A stretch of DNA of 33,604 nucleotides. Source: a bacterium. GTDB taxonomy: Bacteria; Krumholzibacteriota; Krumholzibacteriia; LZORAL124-64-63. Made by a program: the position numbers and the translations under genes. Shown here one piece after another: positions 16,862-26,296 of the stretch (position 1 is the stretch's first letter; every line of letters begins with the position of its first letter). The notes under the pieces are model-generated. The model worked only from the letters and a program-made list of their open reading frames with translations, made no database searches and was not told the origin of the DNA. The DNA lies in assembly GCA_020049465.1 (NCBI GenBank), contig JAIFKS010000168.1:1-33604 (forward strand), written 5' to 3'.

Positions 16862-18460
16862 CTACGCCATCGCGCAACCAAGGCACGGTCGCTCGACGCC
16901 CTGGTCCGGATTGTCGCGCACCACGGCGGCGAATTCGTCGCTGTGAGCCAGGAATACGTCCAGAAGCTCGGGATCGAAGTGGCGGCCGCGGCCCTCCCGC
17001 ATGGTGGCGAAGACTTCGTCCGCCGGTCGCGCTTCACGGTACACGCGCCGGCTGCTCAAGGCGTCGAACACGTCGACGATGGCGGTGATGCGGCCCTCCA
17101 GCGAGATCTCCTCGCCGGTCAGACCACGCGGATAGCCGGTGCCGTCCCAGCGCTCGTGATGCTGAAGGGCGATGCGCGCGGCGACGCGCATGATCCGCTG
17201 CTCCGACTTGCAGAGGATCCCGTGGCCCAGCGCGGCGTGGTTCCGCATCACGGCGAACTCGTCGGGTGTCAGCCGGCCCGGCTTGTTCAGGATCCGATCG
17301 GGGATGCCGACCTTGCCCACATCGTGCATCGGCGCCGCCATCCGGATCACCGCCGCCGTCTCGGCATCCACCCCCGCGTGCAGCGCCAGCATCCGCGCCA
17401 TCTCGCCGACGCGCAGCACGTGGTTGGCTGTTTCCAGGCTGCGGGCCTCCACCAGTTCGCTCAGGGTGCGGATCATCTCGCGCTGGCTCTCGATGATCTC
17501 GCGCGTCAGGCTCGCGTTCGCGTAGGCCAGCGTCACACTGGCGAAGTAGACGCGCATCAGGTCGCGCTCCAGGCGGGGCAGTGTCCCGACGCCCACCAGC
17601 ACGAACAGCAGTTCGTCGGCGCCCGCATGTCCGGCCGGGCAGCGCCCGCAGCAGACGTCATCACGCCACACGATCGATTTTTCGGCGGCCGACCGCGCGA
17701 GCATTTCGCGCACACCGTCGTCGAGCATCCCTTCGACGGGAGTGCCCACGCGGTCGGCCCAGGGCCCCGTGCCGGCAGCCAGCACAAAGCCCTTTTGCCG
17801 CCTCCGTGCGGCAAATCCCTGGGGCGCCGGCCCGGCGCCCCGCCGGGCGATCGCCAGCAACTGCGCCAGGACCTCCCCGGCGAATTCCCTCTGTCTGCCG
17901 CCGTGCAGCAGGGCGCCGCTGGCGTCGAGCACGTGCTGCAGGCTGCGCCGGCTCTGCTCCAGGGCGCGGATGTCGCGCCACGCGCGCAGCGCGCTGGTCA
18001 CCGACGTGCACAGCTTGTCGGCCGTCAGTTCCGTCTTGGCGCGGTAGTCGTTGATGTCGTAGCGCATCACCACGTCGCGTTCGGGCGCCTGACCCGGCTG
18101 TCCCGTGCGCAGGATGATCCGCACGTTGTGGTTCCCCAGCCCCTCCCGCACATGGTGCGCCAGGCGCAGGCCGGCGTCGTCGCTCTCCATCACCACATCC
18201 AGCAGGATCACCGCGATGTCCGGATGGGACGCCAGCACCACGCGCGCCTCGGCCGCCGAATAGGCCGCCAGCAGGCATACCGGACGCCCTTCGAAGCGGA
18301 AGCGGCCCAGCACGAGACGGGTCACGTGATGCACGTCCTCCTCGTCGTCGACCACCAGCAGCTTCCAGCAACTGTGGTCGGCGCAGTTGGCCATGGCCGG
18401 CTCGTCGGCGAAGCGGATCTCGTCGCCCGTCCCGAGGATGTTATCCATCGCTTCCGGCAT
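16862..18460 (-). CDS. Response regulator (REC) fused to an HD-GYP c-di-GMP phosphodiesterase domain
   Basis: REC: KLLVVDDEEDVHHVTRLVL…VILLDVVMESDDAGLRL. HD-GYP: …HAGVDAETAAVIRMAAPMHDVGKVGIPDRILNKPGRLT…HHERWDGTGYPRGL. ATG 18460 is preceded by GGAGG (6-nt spacer). It overlaps the upstream kinase gene by 20 nt. Confidence 0.9.
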   Translation of the reverse strand: MPEAMDNILGTGDEIRFADEPAMANCADHSCWKLLVVDDEEDVHHVTRLVLGRFRFEGRPVCLLAAYSAAEARVVLASHPDIAVILLDVVMESDDAGLRLAHHVREGLGNHNVRIILRTGQPGQAPERDVVMRYDINDYRAKTELTADKLCTSVTSALRAWRDIRALEQSRRSLQHVLDASGALLHGGRQREFAGEVLAQLLAIARRGAGPAPQGFAARRRQKGFVLAAGTGPWADRVGTPVEGMLDDGVREMLARSAAEKSIVWRDDVCCGRCPAGHAGADELLFVLVGVGTLPRLERDLMRVYFASVTLAYANASLTREIIESQREMIRTLSELVEARSLETANHVLRVGEMARMLALHAGVDAETAAVIRMAAPMHDVGKVGIPDRILNKPGRLTPDEFAVMRNHAALGHGILCKSEQRIMRVAARIALQHHERWDGTGYPRGLTGEEISLEGRITAIVDVFDALSSRRVYREARPADEVFATMREGRGRHFDPELLDVFLAHSDEFAAVVRDNPDQGVERPCLGCAMA

Positions 18461-21218
18461 GGGATGCCTCCACGTGTTGCGGGATGACCACGGAGAACCG
18501 GGTGCCCTTGCCCGGCGCGCTCGCGCAGGTGATGGTGCCGCCCAGGGCGTGCTTGACGTTGCTCCAGACGATGTGCATGCCCAGGCCGGTTCCGCCGCGG
18601 TTGCGCCTGGTCGTGTAGAACGGCTCGTACAGGCGCTGTTTCTGTTCCCGGTTCATGCCGCGGCCGTCGTCCCTGTATTCGATGACGACGCCCTGGCCGC
18701 CGCTCGTGGCCGAGATGGTGATGGTGCCGACCAGGAGGTCCTCGAATCCGTGATCCAGGGAATTCACGACCAGGTTGGCGATGATGCGGTACAGCGCGCC
18801 CGGATCGCCGTGCATCATGATGCCGCGCGGACAGTCGACCAGCAGCCGGTGCGCCGTGCCCTTGAAGCGCGGCCGCAGGCTCAGCACGATCTCGTCCAGG
18901 TATTCGGCCAGGTCGAACTCCCGCTCCTGCGCGCTGGACTGGTCCACCGCCACCTGCTTGAAGTTCTGGATCAGGTCGGCCGCGCGGACCAGGTTGGCCT
19001 GCACGGCGCCTGCGGCCTGGCTCATCGATTCCAGCAAAGCAGCCAGGCCCGAACGCGTCAGCCGGCCTTCCCGCAGGCTCATGCCGCCCTCGGCGCAAAG
19101 GTCCGCCAGGTGGGACGCGGCCGTCACGCCGATGCCCACCGGTGTGGCCATCTCGTGCGCGACGCCGGCCACCATCGCGCCGAGCGCCGCCATCTTCTCG
19201 GCCTCCAGAAGCGCCTGGTGTGCGTCGATGACCAGCTGCGCGTTGCGCCTTTCGGCGGTCACGTCGCGGGCCACGCCCTCGACCGAGATGACGCGGCCTT
19301 CGGCGTTCAACACGGGAACGGCGTGGATCTCCAGCACCAGCCGCTCGCCGTCCGCTCGCGGAACGATCACGTCGAAAGGCAGCTGCCGCACACCGCCGGT
19401 CACGGACACCAGCCGCCGGCGGACCGCCGCGTTGGCCGGTAGCGACATCCATTCGCGCGAGCGCTGGTTCAGCGCGTCGAGGTCCGTCAGTCCGGTCAGG
19501 CTCCGGAACGAGGAACTGACGAACGTGAACCGGAGCTTCGGGTCGTGCGAATAGAAGATGAACCGGTCGCCGAGGCTTTCCATGATGCGCCGATAGCGTT
19601 CCTCGCTGTCGCGCAGCGCCTCGTTGGCGGAACGCAGTTCCGCGGTTGCGGCTTCCACGCGCTTCTCCAGATCCTCGTTCAGGAGCCGCACGCGCTCTTC
19701 ACTGTTCCGCAGCGCCTGCTCGGACAATTTCCGGTCGGTCACGTCCCGCAGCGATTCGATCGCTCCCGCCATCCGGCCGTCCCGATCGCGCAACGGCGCG
19801 GCGGTCATGCCGACGTGCGCGCCTCGCCCCCCGTGCAGACCTGCCAGATAGCGCTCGGCGCGCAGCGTTTCGCCGCGCGAATCCACGCCGTGCGCGGCCG
19901 TGAGCCCGCCCTTGCCTATCCCGGCCAGGATGAGATCGACGAGATCCGGCACCGCGTCGCCGCACAGGACGTTCGCGTACGCGCGTTCGCCGCGACCGAG
20001 CATCGCGTCCTTGCCGATGCCGGTCATCTCTTCCAGCGCCCGGTTCCAGGACACGATGCGGCCCCGCTCATCGACCACGAAGGTGGCGTCGGGCAGGAAT
20101 TCGAGCGTGTCCGCCAGCCTTCGGTGCGCGGCGTCGCGTTCGTGGTCCGCCTGACGGCGCTGCCAGGCGCTGGCCAGGATCTGCCCCACGGTCTCCAGCA
20201 GCGCGACGTCCTCATCGGTCCAGTGCCCCACGCTGCGCACGGAATGGAAGGCGAAGAGCCCGGCGATGCGGCCGTCGTGGAACATCGGGATGATGAGGGC
20301 CGACCGCGTCTCCTGTTTCAGCAGCCGTTCCTTCACGGCCGACGCCGCCACCGGCATCGCCGCGACGTCCTCGATGTGCACGATGCGGCCGGCCGCGACC
20401 TGCTTCTGCAGCCAGGGCAGCGCCGGCAACGACGGCGCCATGTCCTTCAACGCCACGGGCTCGACGCCCTCGGCGGCCCAGCCGAATTCCCAACTCAGCG
20501 TCGCCTGGTCGTCCAGCAGCCGCCCGACGAAGCAGCGGTCAACCGTCGCCAGGCCGCCGACCGCCACCAGGGCGCGGGTCAGGGCATCGTCCATCTCGCC
20601 TTCGGTGGCCGAGGAAATGGTGCGCAGGATGTTGGTGATGGCCGCCGACGCGGCGCGCCTGTGGTCCAACTGGGCGCGGGACAGGCGTTCGGAACTGAGA
20701 TCCGTGAAAACGCAGCGCAGGCCGCGGACACCTTGTCCGGCCTCGCCGATGATGGGCGCCGCCACGACGCGGGCCGGCATGTCGTCGTGTCCGGCCAGCG
20801 CCAGGTCGAATTCGCCGACCGCCGGCACCAGGCCCTGTTCGGCTTCGGCCAGCAGGCTCATGAAGGCCGCACGCTGCGCCGGGTGCACCAAGTGCGTGAC
20901 CGGCGCGCCTTCGAGGCTGGTCCCGACGGCGGTCGCCAGCGGCGAACTGGAACCGTCGTGAACCAGAAGGATCACGCCCCGGTTGTCGGTTTCGACGATG
21001 AGTTCGGGAAGAAGCCGACCGAGGTCACGGATCCAGCGGCGGTAGGCCGGCTGCTCGCCCTCGAGGGGCGGCGAAGCCTGGCCGGATCCGTCGGCCTTCC
21101 AGCGGATCAGGCGGGTCAGAGCCAGAGCCAGGGCCGCGCCCGCCGCCACGGGCACCATCGCGCCCAGGTCACTGATGGCGGCGGCCCTGTATACAATTTG
21201 TGCCCAATCCGCAGACAT
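18441..21218 (-). CDS. Multi-sensor hybrid-type histidine kinase (TM, GAF, multiple PAS domains, coiled coil, HisKA-like H-box, HATPase_c)
   Basis: ATG 21218 is preceded by GGGAGA (5-nt spacer) and a TM helix (DLGAMVPVAAGAALALALTRLI). GAF (…HIEDVAAMPVAASAVKERL…IIPMFHDGRIAGLFAFHS…), PAS (…FVVDERGRIVSWNRALEEMTGI…), H-box GVAHEMATPVG, ATPase G-boxes (DDGRGM…GGTGLGMHIV…GKGTRFSVVIP). The ORF-track start at 21311 lies in the AT-rich promoter island. Confidence 0.9.
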   Translation of the reverse strand: MSADWAQIVYRAAAISDLGAMVPVAAGAALALALTRLIRWKADGSGQASPPLEGEQPAYRRWIRDLGRLLPELIVETDNRGVILLVHDGSSSPLATAVGTSLEGAPVTHLVHPAQRAAFMSLLAEAEQGLVPAVGEFDLALAGHDDMPARVVAAPIIGEAGQGVRGLRCVFTDLSSERLSRAQLDHRRAASAAITNILRTISSATEGEMDDALTRALVAVGGLATVDRCFVGRLLDDQATLSWEFGWAAEGVEPVALKDMAPSLPALPWLQKQVAAGRIVHIEDVAAMPVAASAVKERLLKQETRSALIIPMFHDGRIAGLFAFHSVRSVGHWTDEDVALLETVGQILASAWQRRQADHERDAAHRRLADTLEFLPDATFVVDERGRIVSWNRALEEMTGIGKDAMLGRGERAYANVLCGDAVPDLVDLILAGIGKGGLTAAHGVDSRGETLRAERYLAGLHGGRGAHVGMTAAPLRDRDGRMAGAIESLRDVTDRKLSEQALRNSEERVRLLNEDLEKRVEAATAELRSANEALRDSEERYRRIMESLGDRFIFYSHDPKLRFTFVSSSFRSLTGLTDLDALNQRSREWMSLPANAAVRRRLVSVTGGVRQLPFDVIVPRADGERLVLEIHAVPVLNAEGRVISVEGVARDVTAERRNAQLVIDAHQALLEAEKMAALGAMVAGVAHEMATPVGIGVTAASHLADLCAEGGMSLREGRLTRSGLAALLESMSQAAGAVQANLVRAADLIQNFKQVAVDQSSAQEREFDLAEYLDEIVLSLRPRFKGTAHRLLVDCPRGIMMHGDPGALYRIIANLVVNSLDHGFEDLLVGTITISATSGGQGVVIEYRDDGRGMNREQKQRLYEPFYTTRRNRGGTGLGMHIVWSNVKHALGGTITCASAPGKGTRFSVVIPQHVEASHAGSDG

Positions 21219-21379
21219 GGACGTCTCCCAAGCTGGGTACATCCATGTCGTGAACCGGTCCCGGCGCCTTCCGAGAGGGGAAGAGTACGCGGCCGCTGGA
21301 AGCGATTTCAAGACGTTCTAATAATTTCACTGATATCAGCATACGGAAATCCCTAATTACAATGAGTTATCGATTCGGT

Positions 21380-21390
21380 TTGTTTGATAA
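21380..21390. promoter_or_regulatory. Shared 11-mer TTGTTTGATAA, copy 2, ~165 nt upstream of the histidine-kinase operon start
   Basis: Identical to 15219..15229; lies in the AT-rich intergenic island 21219..21478. Confidence 0.3.
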
Positions 21391-21478
21391 GAAATGATTG
21401 CGAAACCCTGCGGGAAGTGATGGGATGGGAAAATCACATGCTGCGGCTAGGGCTACACTTTTGTTAAGTTATTTATTG

Positions 21479-22471
21479 TCAACCAACTAATGCGGTCGCC
21501 ACGGAAGCCGCCCGGGCCAGCGGCAAGCGGATCCGGAACAACGCCCCACCGAGAGGCGAATCGCAGACTTCGACCCCCCCTCCCAAACCGGCGGCACAGG
21601 CCTTGACCGAGAACAATCCGAGTCCGTTGCCGTCGGATTTGGTCGTGGCCAGCGACGTGAACAGGTCGGCCCGCCGTTCCACCGGAACCCCCGGACCGTT
21701 GTCGTGCACTTCGATCACGGCCTGCCCGTCCCTGGCGGACACCTGCACTTCGACGACACCCTTCGCGCCGGAAGCCTGTGCGGCGTTCAGGACCAGGTTA
21801 CCCACCAACTGGTGCATCAGGACGGGATTGGCGTTGATCACCACACCGGGCTCACCTTCGCAGGACACCCGGCACCGCCGCATGTCGACATGCGAACGCA
21901 GCACGGCCACCGACTCGCGCGCCGCTTCGCGCACGTCCAGCGGCGCGCCCTCGCGCGTCACGATGGCCTGCGCCGAGTCCAGCAGGCGCTGGTTCAGACC
22001 GACCAGGCGCTTCACCGAATGGCGCAGACGCGTCAGGTTTTCACTGCCGCCGCCGTCCTCTTCCATCATGTCGAGATCCGCGAGCGCCACGGTCAGCACG
22101 TTGTTGGCGTCATGCGCGATCGAAGCCGCGGTCAGGCCCGCGAAAACGCGCCCCTCGTTCACCACCAGCGCCTGTTCGCGCCGCAGCAGTTCGCGGGCGT
22201 CATGCTCCATGCGCCGCATGGCCCAGCGCGCGCCCGCGAAGATCAGCAGCGACGTCACCGCCACATAGAGCACGCCCTTGATGGTCTCGATGCGCCGCAG
22301 TTCCTCGACGCTGTGGGAGGCGCCGGCGGCCAGGTACCCGGACAGGATGATGTAGGTGGACGCCAGCAGGACGTAAGCGCCCGCCAGCATGGCGGCATAG
22401 CGGGTGCTGTTCAAGCCGGAACCTCCGGTTGGGATGGGCACTGCGACGCGAGTCACCGGACGATCGGACAT
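21479..22471 (-). CDS. Small membrane-anchored histidine kinase (2 TM + HisKA-like + HATPase_c)
   Basis: ATG 22471 is preceded by GAGG (4-nt spacer). TM helices (AMLAGAYVLLASTYIILSGYLAA; VLYVAVTSLLIFAGARW), H-box LTAASIAHDANNVL, ATPase motifs (NLVLNAAQAS…DNGPGV…GNGLGLFSV). Confidence 0.8.
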   Translation of the reverse strand: MSDRPVTRVAVPIPTGGSGLNSTRYAAMLAGAYVLLASTYIILSGYLAAGASHSVEELRRIETIKGVLYVAVTSLLIFAGARWAMRRMEHDARELLRREQALVVNEGRVFAGLTAASIAHDANNVLTVALADLDMMEEDGGGSENLTRLRHSVKRLVGLNQRLLDSAQAIVTREGAPLDVREAARESVAVLRSHVDMRRCRVSCEGEPGVVINANPVLMHQLVGNLVLNAAQASGAKGVVEVQVSARDGQAVIEVHDNGPGVPVERRADLFTSLATTKSDGNGLGLFSVKACAAGLGGGVEVCDSPLGGALFRIRLPLARAASVATALVG

Positions 22472-22947
22472 GAAACCTCGTTCTCGATACCGTTGACGAT
22501 GCGACAACGGGGTTGCCGCGATCATAGGGAATGCCGGACCCGGCCGTCAATCGCGGTCACTCCGGTGCGGACGCCAACCCACCGGCCCACAGAGCCGAAG
22601 CCGGCGAATCCGGACCTTTTCGAAACGTCAACACCCCGGACGACGACGATCGGCCTGTTCCCGTCAAGCAAGCCCGCGGCAATCGGTTGCGCGCCTCGCG
22701 ACCCGCCGAGGCGGCGCCCCGACCGCGCGCGGACCTGCCCGCAACGGCAGCCTCTTGCAAACGCATGTCCATTTCCTCTAGAGTCACCGCGAGCGCCGGG
22801 ATCGCCCCGGGATTCAAGACGCGCGGCGCCCATCGCAAACGGTCTCCACAACAGGAGTGCGCGCGATGCAGCCAGAAACCGGCGGCGATACAGACCTTCC
22901 CGCTCCCAACACCGCCGATCTCCAGCTGACGGTCACGCACTGCCACC

Positions 22948-22968
22948 GCGCCGGATTTTTTCCGGCGC
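22948..22968 (+). promoter_or_regulatory. Hairpin GCGCCGGA-UUUUU-UCCGGCGC ~20 nt upstream of the lipoprotein ribosome-binding site (possible 5'-UTR structure or bidirectional terminator fragment)
   Basis: 8-bp perfect stem with a U5 loop, seen in the sequence. Function unknown. Confidence 0.25.
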
Positions 22969-22989
22969 CATCGGAAGCGAGGGTGAATC

Positions 22990-24243
22990 ATGTCCACTCG
23001 TTTTGCGCGGTCGATCCTGATCATGATCATGGCCGGCTGTGTGCTGCTGGTGATGGCGTCGTGTTCCGAGAACATACCGACCTCACCCGACGCGGAGGCG
23101 GCGAAACGCGCGGGCGGTGTCGCCCGGCATGACAACCCGCCTCCGGCCGACCAGGCGACCGTCACCATCGACGGCACACCGGTTGTCTTCTGGCCCTACA
23201 CCGGCACCAGCTTCGACGGAACGCCCGTCGATCCCATCAACCTCGTGTTCGCCGGCGAGGCCGATCCCCTGCAGATCCGCGCCGCGCTGATGGCGCTCAG
23301 CGGCGACCGCTCCGCGTTCGGCATCCCGCCCATCCCACCGTTCAACGCGCCATGGCAGGACGCCATCGGCGGCGACGTGCAGACCACCTGTGCCGTCGGC
23401 GGCGACGGCTGGGTCGGCAGCGTCGTCCAGTTGACGCTCGGCGAATTCGGTCCGCTGCGGCTCCACCTGCGCCTGTTCCGCACCGGCCAGGAGGCCGGCG
23501 GCGGCCCGGTCACGCTGGGCGGAGCCCACTTCGAGCTCAACATTCCGGGCACGGCCGACCACCAGGTGCTGAGCTGGGAACTGGCCGAGCAGATCGTCAT
23601 GGCTGACCTCGTCCGCAGCGGCCTGCTGGGGGCGGCGCCGGCGCCGACCGGGTTGATCAACGCCGCGCCGACGTTTCGCACGATCATGAAGGAGGTCTAC
23701 AACGGCCTGCCGCCCGCACTGGTCGGCCTGATCGGCGGACCGGCGCAGCCCGTGCTGGCGGACGTCCCCTTGCCCTCGGACGGCCAGGGCAAGCTGTTGC
23801 GTCTGGCCTTCGCCGCGCCGCTGGAACCGGGCACCTGGGACCGGATGGTGACGGTCAACTATGACCAACTGGTGCCGCGTCCGTTCTGCAGCGAAGGGCC
23901 CGGCGACTTCCTGCTCGTGACGGGGCCGGTGGAATTCACCGCGCGCGGCGAACTGTCGCCGGACGGATCGTACACGAGCCACAATGCCTTCGTCGGCATC
24001 CTGCGGGCGGTGCCCGTGGACCTGTCCACCGGCACACCCGTGCCCACGGGTCCCGCGTTCCCGGCCCGCGTCTCGGGACACAGCAGCGTCACGCTCGATG
24101 CCTGGAATGCCCGCGTCACCATGCAGGACCGCCGGTTCACGCGCGAGCCCGACGGGGTGCAGGTGAAGCAGATCTGGATGAACATCCCGCAGCAGGGCCT
24201 GAAGACCGTCCGCACCAGGCTCAGCTGCATCGACGAGAGCTAG
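22990..24243 (+). CDS. Lipoprotein of unknown function (417 aa)
   Basis: ATG 22990 after GAGGGTG. Signal peptide plus lipobox MSTRFARSILIMIMAGCVLLVMASC|SEN. Globular, protein-like composition. Confidence 0.75.
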   Translation: MSTRFARSILIMIMAGCVLLVMASCSENIPTSPDAEAAKRAGGVARHDNPPPADQATVTIDGTPVVFWPYTGTSFDGTPVDPINLVFAGEADPLQIRAALMALSGDRSAFGIPPIPPFNAPWQDAIGGDVQTTCAVGGDGWVGSVVQLTLGEFGPLRLHLRLFRTGQEAGGGPVTLGGAHFELNIPGTADHQVLSWELAEQIVMADLVRSGLLGAAPAPTGLINAAPTFRTIMKEVYNGLPPALVGLIGGPAQPVLADVPLPSDGQGKLLRLAFAAPLEPGTWDRMVTVNYDQLVPRPFCSEGPGDFLLVTGPVEFTARGELSPDGSYTSHNAFVGILRAVPVDLSTGTPVPTGPAFPARVSGHSSVTLDAWNARVTMQDRRFTREPDGVQVKQIWMNIPQQGLKTVRTRLSCIDES

Positions 24244-24303
24244 TATTTTCGCTGACCGCGCGCGGGGCGGCGTCCACCCGACAAAGGCGCCGTCCCGCGA
24301 CGC

Positions 24304-25038
24304 TCACCCGCCCCCGGGAGCCGCGGCCCGCTCGCTCGTGATGCGTCCGTCCACCAGTTCCACGATCCTGTCGCACCGCGCGGCGATGTTCAGATCGTGC
24401 GTCACGACCAGGAAGGCCGTGTGCTCCTCGCGGTTGATCTGCCGCAGCAGCTCGAAGACCTGATCGCTCGCTTCGGTGTCCAGGTTTCCCGTCGGCTCGT
24501 CGGCCAGGATCAGGCGCGGATTCAGGCACAGGGCGCGGGCGATGGCCACCCGCTGCTGCTGCCCGCCCGACAGCGCGCTCGGCTTGAACTTCAACCGGTC
24601 GGACAGACCCACGCGGTCCAGCAGTTCCAGCGCCTTCTTCCGCAGCGCCGCGCTGGGGCGTCCCTGGCGGGCGATCCCCGGCAGCATCACGTTTTCCAGG
24701 GCGGTGAAAGCCGGCAGCAGGTGGTGGAACTGGAACACGAAACCGATCGACCCGCCGCGCAGGCGGGTCAGGGCGGTGTCGTCCAGTCCGGCGGTGTCGA
24801 CGCCGTCCAGGCATACGCGCCCGGTCGTGGCGCGGTCGAGCAGGCCCACCAGGTTCAACAGCGTGGACTTCCCCGAGCCCGACGGACCGGTCAGCGCCGT
24901 GAACTCGCCACCGCCCAGGCGGAAGTCGATCGACTTGAGCACGCGGGTCACCACGGTCTCGCCGAAATCCCTGGTCACCCCCTCGAGCAGGACGACGGGG
25001 CTTCCGGTATCGGCGGCTTTGACGGTCGGCTCAGCCAC
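24304..25038 (-). CDS. ABC transporter ATP-binding protein (MacB/LolD/FtsE-like)
   Basis: Walker [13 protein letters not shown] signature [15 protein letters not shown], Walker [16 protein letters not shown] start 25038 overlaps the permease stop by 8 nt. Confidence 0.9.
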   Translation of the reverse strand: MAEPTVKAADTGSPVVLLEGVTRDFGETVVTRVLKSIDFRLGGGEFTALTGPSGSGKSTLLNLVGLLDRATTGRVCLDGVDTAGLDDTALTRLRGGSIGFVFQFHHLLPAFTALENVMLPGIARQGRPSAALRKKALELLDRVGLSDRLKFKPSALSGGQQQRVAIARALCLNPRLILADEPTGNLDTEASDQVFELLRQINREEHTAFLVVTHDLNIAARCDRIVELVDGRITSERAAAPGGG

Positions 25039-26296
25039 GGTGGATCGCCTCCGCCGGATCGAGATTCGCCGCGCGCCGCGCCGGCGCCATGGCCGAGAAC
25101 AGGCCCACGCCGAGCGCCATCACCAGCGTGCCCAGCATGAGTTGACCCGAGAGGTTGACCGGAAACGTGGGCGAACCGTCCGGGTTGGTGGCCAGCCCCG
25201 CGAAGAAGAGCGACAGCGTGGTTCCGATCCCCACCCCGACGACCCAGCCCGCCGCGCCCAGCAGCAGCCCCTGGATCAGGAACACCCGCAGGATCTGCCC
25301 CCGCGTCGTGCCCACCGCGCGCAGGATGCCGATCTCGCGGTTCTTCTGCACCACCCAGACCACCAGCACGCTGGCGATGCCCAGGGCCACGGCCACGACG
25401 ACGAACACCTGGATCATGATGCTGGAGCTGCTCTGCGATTTCAGCCCCACCAGCAGCTGTCGGTTCAGCTTCATCCAGCTGTCGGCCACCAGACCGGTGC
25501 GGCGCGCCACCTGCTGCGCGATGATCTCCGCGCTGAAGATGCGGTCCACGCGGGCCTCGAGGGCCGAAATGCCGCCGGACAGATCGAGCAGGTTCTGCGC
25601 GCTCTTCAGCGAGACCAGCACCCAGCTGTCGTTCACCGCCTGGTTCTCCAGATCGAAGACGCCGCTGATGGTGAAGATGTCGTTGCCGCCATCGGCGGTC
25701 AGGATGCGGATCCGGTCGCCCGTGCGGACGCCCAGATCGGTCGCCAGCCCCGTCCCGATCACGGCTTCGGTCCCGGCCACGCGGAAGACGCCCGCGGTCA
25801 TTTTCGCGGACAGGTCGATGATGCGGATGAAGCGCTCGGGATCGATGCCGCGCAGCGCGACCGAACGCGAAGCCACGCCGCGCGTGACGAAGGCCGAGCC
25901 CGCGACGAGCGGCGACACGGCGATCACGCCCGGCACCTGCTCGACCTCGCGCATGACCTGCGGCCACTGGTTGATCGAGCGCGGGCGCTGGGCCGGCTTT
26001 TCCAACCGCACGGTGAGCGCCTCGCCGAGGGCGGCCGGATCCCGCGCCAGGGCGGCCGGGTCGGTGCCCGCGACCACGCCGTCGACGATCAGGCGCGGCA
26101 TCTCGTCGGGTGGCTGCACGACGATGTGCGCCTGCGACCCGAGGGTCTTGTCGATCAGGCTGGCCTGCAGGCCGGTGATCAGCGCCGACAGGAAGATGAT
26201 CACCCCGACGCCGACCGAGACGCCCAGAAGGATCAACACGGTCTGGATGCGACCTTCACGCAGGAAGCGGAGCGCGACGAACCATTCGAAGGACAT
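25031..26296 (-). CDS. ABC transporter permease, FtsX/MacB-LolC family (4 TM + large periplasmic domain)
   Basis: Start ATG 26296 ([29 protein letters not shown]) overlaps the TGA of the upstream adaptor gene. C-terminal FtsX domain (…[26 protein letters not shown]…). The ORF-track start at 26761 runs through the adaptor gene in another frame. Confidence 0.85.
   Translation of the reverse strand: MSFEWFVALRFLREGRIQTVLILLGVSVGVGVIIFLSALITGLQASLIDKTLGSQAHIVVQPPDEMPRLIVDGVVAGTDPAALARDPAALGEALTVRLEKPAQRPRSINQWPQVMREVEQVPGVIAVSPLVAGSAFVTRGVASRSVALRGIDPERFIRIIDLSAKMTAGVFRVAGTEAVIGTGLATDLGVRTGDRIRILTADGGNDIFTISGVFDLENQAVNDSWVLVSLKSAQNLLDLSGGISALEARVDRIFSAEIIAQQVARRTGLVADSWMKLNRQLLVGLKSQSSSSIMIQVFVVVAVALGIASVLVVWVVQKNREIGILRAVGTTRGQILRVFLIQGLLLGAAGWVVGVGIGTTLSLFFAGLATNPDGSPTFPVNLSGQLMLGTLVMALGVGLFSAMAPARRAANLDPAEAIHRG

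Noticed and set aside
16943-18487. Plus-strand 514-aa ORF antisense to the REC-HD-GYP gene (also 17661..18371 minus alternate frame)
   Set aside because: No motifs and low-complexity composition. The opposite strand has canonical REC and HD-GYP signatures.
19545-21356. Plus-strand 603-aa ORF antisense to the multi-sensor kinase (and 18387..19442, 18775..19554)
   Set aside because: Artefacts of GC-rich antisense. The kinase frame has H-box and ATPase motifs.
22531-23132. Small plus-strand ORFs (132 aa and 91 aa) in the divergent intergenic region and overlapping the lipoprotein start
   Set aside because: Pro/Arg-rich with no ribosome-binding site, and one overlaps the lipoprotein gene. Treated as non-coding promoter/UTR DNA.
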